64,000 nucleotides of DNA, taken from Candidatus Daviesbacteria bacterium. Its GTDB lineage: Bacteria; Patescibacteriota; Microgenomatia; Daviesbacterales; UBA10151. Location: the NCBI GenBank assembly GCA_016432425.1, contig CP066688.1, forward strand, positions 84,368 to 148,367, written 5' to 3'. Under the pieces are notes generated by a model. That model was not told the DNA's origin. It was given only the letters and a program-made list of their open reading frames with translations, and made no database searches. Within the stretch, counting starts at the first letter, position 1. Every line of letters starts with the position of its first letter. Positions 59,087-64,000 of the stretch are shown here, in pieces. A program made the translations under genes and the position numbers.

Positions 59087-60737
59087 TTGGATTAGCCGTT
59101 ACTAAATAAAAAATTACTTCCCCGCTGGGGGAGCGAATTGTCTTTACTAATCTCAAATTAGGGTTATCTAAAATTTTAGGATTAGTAACATCCTCTCTAC
59201 TGGAAGCCAGGAAAAGCTGTCCATTTTTTAAATTATTTTCAAATGGTCCAGCGAACTTTCCAAAATAATATTTTTTCTCTAAAGCAAATCCGTCAAAATT
59301 AGTAGTAATATCTTGAATAACTTTATCACCGGAAAATTGCTGATGAAATTTATTGGGATCATATTTCGTCCAAAATAAAAACCTAATTAAAGATGGCTCA
59401 TAACTATTATTAATATAAATTTGGGAGTATTGGTCCTCCTTTGCAGCTAAGTATTGCATTGGCTCTTTAAATCCAAAATTCCATGCCCTCCACGACTCTT
59501 TAGGGTAATGTTCAAAATAGCGATGCAGGAAAAAGGTAAAATTCACTATTCCTAAAATAATTAGACCCAATGCCAAATACCTTCTGAAAGATCCCTGATT
59601 TATTTTAGCAAGTAAATCATTTATCCCCCAGCCAATTAAAATAGACAACGGTGCCAACATTAAAAAATTCCTGGTAGCATGGAATCCCCCATCAAAAGTT
59701 AAAGCTGCCGGGATGGGGGAAATTAGTAGCCAACCAAATACCACCCATTTTTCTTTTTCTTTTTTATACAATAGAAACCAAATCCCCGCTATTAATGGAA
59801 TTAATTCATAAAAGTAAAATTGCCCCATTCCATGGACAGATTGGCGGAAATTAGGATCTCCATTTAAAAATAAAAACTCCGGAGAAAAAGCCCGTAAATA
59901 ATTTAAGGTAAACACTTGCAAATAAACCACTGGTTTATTGTGAAACACTTTTTCCAGATTGAAAGGGAGATTTTCATTTTGCTGGGCGAGTTGGACTTGA
60001 TCTTTTAATGATTGTTCGGAAAAAATACTAATTAAATTAAATCTTGCTCCGGCAGTTCCCGAAAGCCAATTACTTCCATAAGGAGCTAGTACTACCAAAA
60101 ATATTAGACCTGCCAAAAGATATTTGGGGAGGTTTTTAAATAATTCATTTCGATAAAGATAAACTAGCATTAGCACCAGTAGCGGCATGAATAAAGTAGC
60201 CGTACTATAAATATAAGGCGTTAAAGCAAATAATATGGCTGAAAAATAAAACCAGAGGTAATTTTTGACTCCCTTAAGAAAAAGAAAAGTTGCCCAAATT
60301 AAAAATGCCAGCAGCATGGTAACTTCAAAACCGGCCCGGGAAAAATGTATGTGCCAGGGAGAAATAGTAAGGATTAGGGCGGCGAATAGTCCTATTTTCT
60401 CACCAAATAAATGTTTTGCTAAGAAGAATAATCCTCCAATACCTAAAATCCCCCAGAACGCGGCTGGAATTCGCACTCCCCATTCGTTTAAACCAAAAAG
60501 TCCAATTGTGGGCACAGCTGAATATAAAAATAGAGGCGCCCGATATTCTGACAGAGAATGGAAAAATACCGGCAATTTTTGGCCGTACAGATCTTGCCCT
60601 GTTTTTAAAATGGAATAAGCCTGGTAACCTACGTCCAGTTCATCTCCAAACAGCTCAACCGGCACTTTATCCAGTTGATAAACCCGCAGGGTGATAGCCA
60701 GGATTAAACTTACAAGTAACAGGAAATATTTTTTCAA
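59076..60737 (-). CDS. GT-C glycosyltransferase, GT39/PMT_2 family, tandem paralog 5 of 5
   Basis: LFGDELDVGYQAYSILKTGQDLYGQKLP...GLFGLNEWGVRIPAA...ISPWHIHFSR. Confidence 0.75.
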   Translation of the reverse strand: MKKYFLLLVSLILAITLRVYQLDKVPVELFGDELDVGYQAYSILKTGQDLYGQKLPVFFHSLSEYRAPLFLYSAVPTIGLFGLNEWGVRIPAAFWGILGIGGLFFLAKHLFGEKIGLFAALILTISPWHIHFSRAGFEVTMLLAFLIWATFLFLKGVKNYLWFYFSAILFALTPYIYSTATLFMPLLVLMLVYLYRNELFKNLPKYLLAGLIFLVVLAPYGSNWLSGTAGARFNLISIFSEQSLKDQVQLAQQNENLPFNLEKVFHNKPVVYLQVFTLNYLRAFSPEFLFLNGDPNFRQSVHGMGQFYFYELIPLIAGIWFLLYKKEKEKWVVFGWLLISPIPAALTFDGGFHATRNFLMLAPLSILIGWGINDLLAKINQGSFRRYLALGLIILGIVNFTFFLHRYFEHYPKESWRAWNFGFKEPMQYLAAKEDQYSQIYINNSYEPSLIRFLFWTKYDPNKFHQQFSGDKVIQDITTNFDGFALEKKYYFGKFAGPFENNLKNGQLFLASSREDVTNPKILDNPNLRLVKTIRSPSGEVIFYLVTANPNEN

Positions 60738-60807
60738 CCTAAAGTTATTTTAGCACGAAGTGGTGAATCAAGCTTTGCTTAGTGCAAAGCACCAAGCAGA
60801 GCTTATT

Positions 60808-61599
60808 TTAGCCTAAGGTTAGTTTACGGCGCAATCTGGCAATCAAGAAGATTAAATTTAAAATTGAACCTTCAATAAAACCATGGTAAATGTAAAGAGA
60901 TTTTCTGTTTAACAATGCCCGATCTAAACTAGATTTAGAACCTCCCACCAGATGTTTAATGTAAACTCCGGGGAAATAATAAACATGCTTTCCAGCTCTT
61001 TTGATTTTTCTGCACAAATCAATGTCTTCATAATAAAGAAAATATCTTTCATCAAACCCCTTAATTTCCTCAAATAATTTTTTACTGACTAACATGGCCG
61101 CCCCATAAACCGCCCCTACTTCAATAGGATGATTAACTGCTGGAACATATTGACCAAACTTATGTTTAATTCCTAAAATATATTCCCTAAAAGCTTCCCA
61201 GATGGTGGGTAAATTTCTAACAGAAGCTTGTATGGTGCCACTACTTTCGATTAATTTCGGCCCGACTAACCCCGCGTCTTTATCTTCATAAAAGCTAACC
61301 AGCTCATCCAAAATTGGTTTCTCCATTTGGGTATCAGGGTTTAGGAAAAATAAATACTGTCCCCTGGCCGATTTAACTCCCAAATTATTGCCTTTGGAAA
61401 ATCCCAAATTTTTATCTGATAATATTAGCTTAACATTTTTAAAATTTTTAATTTTTAAAGCTGTATCGTCATTGGAATGGTTGTCCACAATAATTAGCTC
61501 ATCCTTTGGAGAAATATTTTTTTGCACTGAAGAAATAAAGTTTTCAATTGAGCTGCCGTTGTTAAAACTGACAGAGATGATAGAAACTCTAATCGGCAT
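60808..61599 (-). CDS. GT2 family glycosyltransferase
   Basis: VSIISVSFNNGSSI...IVDNHSNDDT...FLNPDT. Confidence 0.8.
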   Translation of the reverse strand: MPIRVSIISVSFNNGSSIENFISSVQKNISPKDELIIVDNHSNDDTALKIKNFKNVKLILSDKNLGFSKGNNLGVKSARGQYLFFLNPDTQMEKPILDELVSFYEDKDAGLVGPKLIESSGTIQASVRNLPTIWEAFREYILGIKHKFGQYVPAVNHPIEVGAVYGAAMLVSKKLFEEIKGFDERYFLYYEDIDLCRKIKRAGKHVYYFPGVYIKHLVGGSKSSLDRALLNRKSLYIYHGFIEGSILNLIFLIARLRRKLTLG

Positions 61600-62449
61600 A
61601 ATTAATCACCTCTAAATCTGATCTTGTACCGCCGGTTGTTTTTTTAATCTCACCTTTTTTGATAAAAGCCCACCCAAAAGGAATCCAATAACCTATTCCC
61701 AGTCCCCCCAATAATCTTTTGATTAAATTAATGCGGTGCTCAGTTAATAAATTTTTATCGGTAATATTTTTCCAGATAAATAATAGTTGGTTACGCTCTT
61801 GGACTTTTGCTACAAATTTGCTGGAGTGAGTTTTGCCAATAGTGGTACCGTGCTGATGATAAACTAAAGATTTTGGCTCCCATAAAATATTGAAACCTGT
61901 CTTTAAAGCCCTAAAAGAAAGGTCAATATCTTCCCAATAAAAAGGAGCAAACAGTCTGTCAAGCCCTCCTAAGCTTTGCCAGATTTTTTTATTAAAAGCA
62001 GCTGATCCCCCGGAAGCCCAGGCACTTTGATGCATTCTACTATCTTCTTCTGTTTTGACAAATTCATAATAACCATTTTTCCAGCAACTTTTCCCCCACC
62101 CCTGGCCCTCCTCATGGCAATTAACGGCAAATATTTTTGAGTCTCTAAAATGTTTTAGTAGTGGTTTTAAAAAATTTTTATCTACCAAAACATCGTTATT
62201 TAGCAGCACCACTATTTCTCCACTGGCCTCATTAAACAATTTGTTAACCGAGCTAACAAAACCCTTGTTTTGTTGATTAATCAATAATTTAACTTGGGGA
62301 AAATTTTCTTGAATAATTTTAATGCTCTCATCTTTTGAGGCATCATCATTAACCAAAACCTCATCTGCACCGGCAGCTAAAATATTGGGTAAGTTTTTGG
62401 GCAATAATTCTTCCCCGTTATAGTTAGGAATGGCAATTGTTACTTTCAT
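61589..62449 (-). CDS. GT2 family glycosyltransferase
   Basis: VTIAIPNYNGEELL...LVNDDASKDES...LLNNDV. Start chosen at MKVTIA, giving an ATGA overlap with the upstream gene. Confidence 0.75.
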   Translation of the reverse strand: MKVTIAIPNYNGEELLPKNLPNILAAGADEVLVNDDASKDESIKIIQENFPQVKLLINQQNKGFVSSVNKLFNEASGEIVVLLNNDVLVDKNFLKPLLKHFRDSKIFAVNCHEEGQGWGKSCWKNGYYEFVKTEEDSRMHQSAWASGGSAAFNKKIWQSLGGLDRLFAPFYWEDIDLSFRALKTGFNILWEPKSLVYHQHGTTIGKTHSSKFVAKVQERNQLLFIWKNITDKNLLTEHRINLIKRLLGGLGIGYWIPFGWAFIKKGEIKKTTGGTRSDLEVINYAD

Positions 62450-63654
62450 GAATTTTTTAAGGTTCGCCAACTTAAGCTTAAGGCTGAGGCGGCAAAAATA
62501 GTGGCAGCAAAGCTCCTGACCAGCTGTAACTTATCAGCACTTAATATTTCCGCCAAACCATTTACTTTATCTAAACCGGGCCAAAGGGGAGCAAATAATT
62601 TTAACTGCAGAGAACCGTCAAAAGAAAAAAACATGATCAAAAGACCCAAAAGCAGTCCTAAAATAGGCAGCAGTTTATTTCTATTTTGCTCACCGACAAA
62701 CCAGAGGATTAGGAGCGGGGTAATCCATAAAAACCATTGGATATGAAAATGGGTAAATGCTAAAACCGCTGTTAAACTGATGAGGGAAAAATTTAAAAAA
62801 TCTCTGTACTGTCTTTTTTTAAAAAAGAAGATAAAATATAAACCTAAAATTATGATGGGCACAATTAAAATATTTTCACTGCTGGAAAGGGGCAAGCTAG
62901 CATATAAAGACTTATCCAACTGGGGAGCAAATAAAGCACGGGTGCGAAATTCTGGAGAGTTCAGATAAGGAATAACGGTAATTAGAAAAGGAACCAGCGC
63001 TAAAGCAGTGAGCTTTAATCTTTGGCCCCAAGAGGTAGCCATTCCTAATAAATAAGGCAGCAGCAAAATGGGGGCGGACTTAATTGCCCCTCCCAAACCT
63101 AAAGATAAAGCTCCCAAATCTAGTCGGGATTTTTTAATTAATAACAAAGTTAAAACAATAAAGAAGGTCGCATAAACATCTGCCTGGCCAATTCCGGAAG
63201 AAACCCATAAGGAAACCGGATTAAAAATCCACAACACTGTGACTTTTTTTCTATCTGCAAAATTTACTATCTGTAACAGCAAAAAAGCAATCAGTAAATC
63301 AAAAATAATAAACGGCAGTTTGACGTATACTAAATATAACCATAAGGAAGGATTGCCAAAAAGAACACCTTGACTGCGTAAAAATAAATCTTCCGTTTTT
63401 TGATCAACTAAAATTCTGCCGATCATATGTCCGGGCAAGGAAATAAAATAGCTGAGTGGCAAATCATCTAAAATATCCTGGTTAGAAATTTTTGGCGCTA
63501 CTTCATAAAAATTTAAACTTGTCCTTTGAAATAAAACTGCGCTGGAGAGGGCTGGAGTACGGACATCAGGATGAAAAGTAAAAGCAGCAATAAATAGCCG
63601 CAATATTAAACCAATTAAAAAAAGGTACCACAGCCTATTAATTTTTTCCACCAA
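62446..63654 (-). CDS. Polytopic membrane protein of unknown function (possible GT-C or Wzy/ligase-like)
   Basis: 402 aa with about 11 TM helices. No diagnostic motif recognised. Confidence 0.45.
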   Translation of the reverse strand: MVEKINRLWYLFLIGLILRLFIAAFTFHPDVRTPALSSAVLFQRTSLNFYEVAPKISNQDILDDLPLSYFISLPGHMIGRILVDQKTEDLFLRSQGVLFGNPSLWLYLVYVKLPFIIFDLLIAFLLLQIVNFADRKKVTVLWIFNPVSLWVSSGIGQADVYATFFIVLTLLLIKKSRLDLGALSLGLGGAIKSAPILLLPYLLGMATSWGQRLKLTALALVPFLITVIPYLNSPEFRTRALFAPQLDKSLYASLPLSSSENILIVPIIILGLYFIFFFKKRQYRDFLNFSLISLTAVLAFTHFHIQWFLWITPLLILWFVGEQNRNKLLPILGLLLGLLIMFFSFDGSLQLKLFAPLWPGLDKVNGLAEILSADKLQLVRSFAATIFAASALSLSWRTLKNS

Positions 63655-64000
63655 TGATCCTTTCTATACGTAGACAGAAATTTTCCTTACTAAAAAACTT
63701 AGCTTTTTCAATGGCATTTTGGGCCAGCTGCCCTCTTAAAGAAGTATCTTTGACTAATTTAATGGTCTGATTTTCTAATTCTTCTAAATCATTCCACAAA
63801 AAACCGTTTTTGCTTTGTTCGACTATTTCTCTTTGCCCCCCCTTATTAATAACTACCGGAACACAACCAGCTGCCATAGCCTCTACTGTAGTAATGCCAA
63901 AATGTTCCATCTCTACCGGATCTTCCACCCCAAACCCCGCGCTATGCCAGTAAATACTGGACTGTTTATACAGCTTTAATAATTTCTCATAAGGATAGTT
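63638..64000 (-). CDS. GT4 family glycosyltransferase, C-terminal part only. The N-terminus lies beyond the window edge.
   Basis: EHFGITTVEAMAAGCVPVVINKGGQREIV (Glycos_transf_1). The frame is open through position 64000. The GTG start the ORF track gives at 63928 is internal. Confidence 0.7.
   Translation of the reverse strand, partial: NYPYEKLLKLYKQSSIYWHSAGFGVEDPVEMEHFGITTVEAMAAGCVPVVINKGGQREIVEQSKNGFLWNDLEELENQTIKLVKDTSLRGQLAQNAIEKAKFFSKENFCLRIERIIGGKN

Noticed and set aside
55326-60694. Plus-strand ORFs 55326, 58563, 60265 and 60416, plus minus ORF 58467. They share similar peptides across paralogs (...KPKRATKGTVK, ...KSKMSSEGTVK, ...KPKSPIVGTAEYK).
   Set aside because: Their similarity to one another only mirrors the conserved sense-strand block (FGLNEWAVRLP...) of the five PMT_2 paralogs read in antisense. 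They are not independent genes.
62471-62482. 12-bp palindrome cttaagcttaag
   Set aside because: Short, restriction-site-like (AflII/HindIII), within range of chance, and at a gene junction. Not pursued.
61388-62968. Plus-strand ORFs at 61388, 62501 and 62780
   Set aside because: Antisense to the GT2 gene and the membrane-protein gene.
1-64000. Alternative genetic code (code 25 or 4, with TGA read as a sense codon)
   Set aside because: Many well-supported genes terminate at TGA with conserved C-termini and immediate downstream starts (for example 2312, 37027, 48222). Standard code 11 fits.
1-64000. Search for tRNA, rRNA, CRISPR repeats, transposases, integrases and toxin-antitoxin pairs
   Set aside because: No GC-rich 70-90-nt cloverleaf-like segment, no regularly spaced direct repeats and no recombinase-like ORF was seen. 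The only notable repeats are the paralog-derived tracts in the PMT_2 array.

Overview
The window is AT-rich (roughly one-third GC by eye) and extremely gene-dense, with about 53 protein-coding genes and almost no intergenic space. Adjacent genes often overlap by 1-4 nt at stop/start codons, and genes run in long co-directional blocks, mostly on the minus strand. TGA is used as a normal stop, so this is standard code 11, not code 25. I found no rRNA, tRNA, CRISPR array, transposase, integrase or phage gene. Essentially every gene is glycan-related. There are about 17 large polytopic membrane glycosyltransferases of the lipid-carrier-dependent kind (GT-C fold, PMT/ArnT/GT39-like, AftD/YfhO-like and one PIG-V-like). 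Several of these carry a C-terminal F5/8 type C (discoidin) beta-sandwich, and five form a tandem paralog array. Alongside them are about 11 GT2 enzymes, including two tandem GtrB/ArnC-type polyprenyl-phosphate sugar synthases and three DPM1-like enzymes. There are 4 GT4 enzymes, 1 GT9 heptosyltransferase, 8 small class-I SAM methyltransferases plus 1 TylC3/TcaB9-type sugar C-methyltransferase, and 2 SDR sugar-nucleotide dehydratase/epimerases. The locus also holds 2 deacetylases (ChbG/YdjC-like and CE4-like), 1 membrane-anchored SGNH hydrolase, 1 Wzx-type flippase, 2 UPF0104 (LPG-synthase-TM) flippase-like proteins and a heptose-activation module. The composition and architecture fit a small-genome low-GC bacterium, possibly from the candidate phyla radiation (Patescibacteria); that placement is inferred from style only. 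The standout feature is a heptose-7-phosphate kinase of the HldE domain-I type, fused to a PMI-type-II-like cupin domain in place of the usual adenylyltransferase domain. It sits next to gmhB and a GT9 heptosyltransferase. All family assignments come from motif-level reading of the translated ORFs without database searches.
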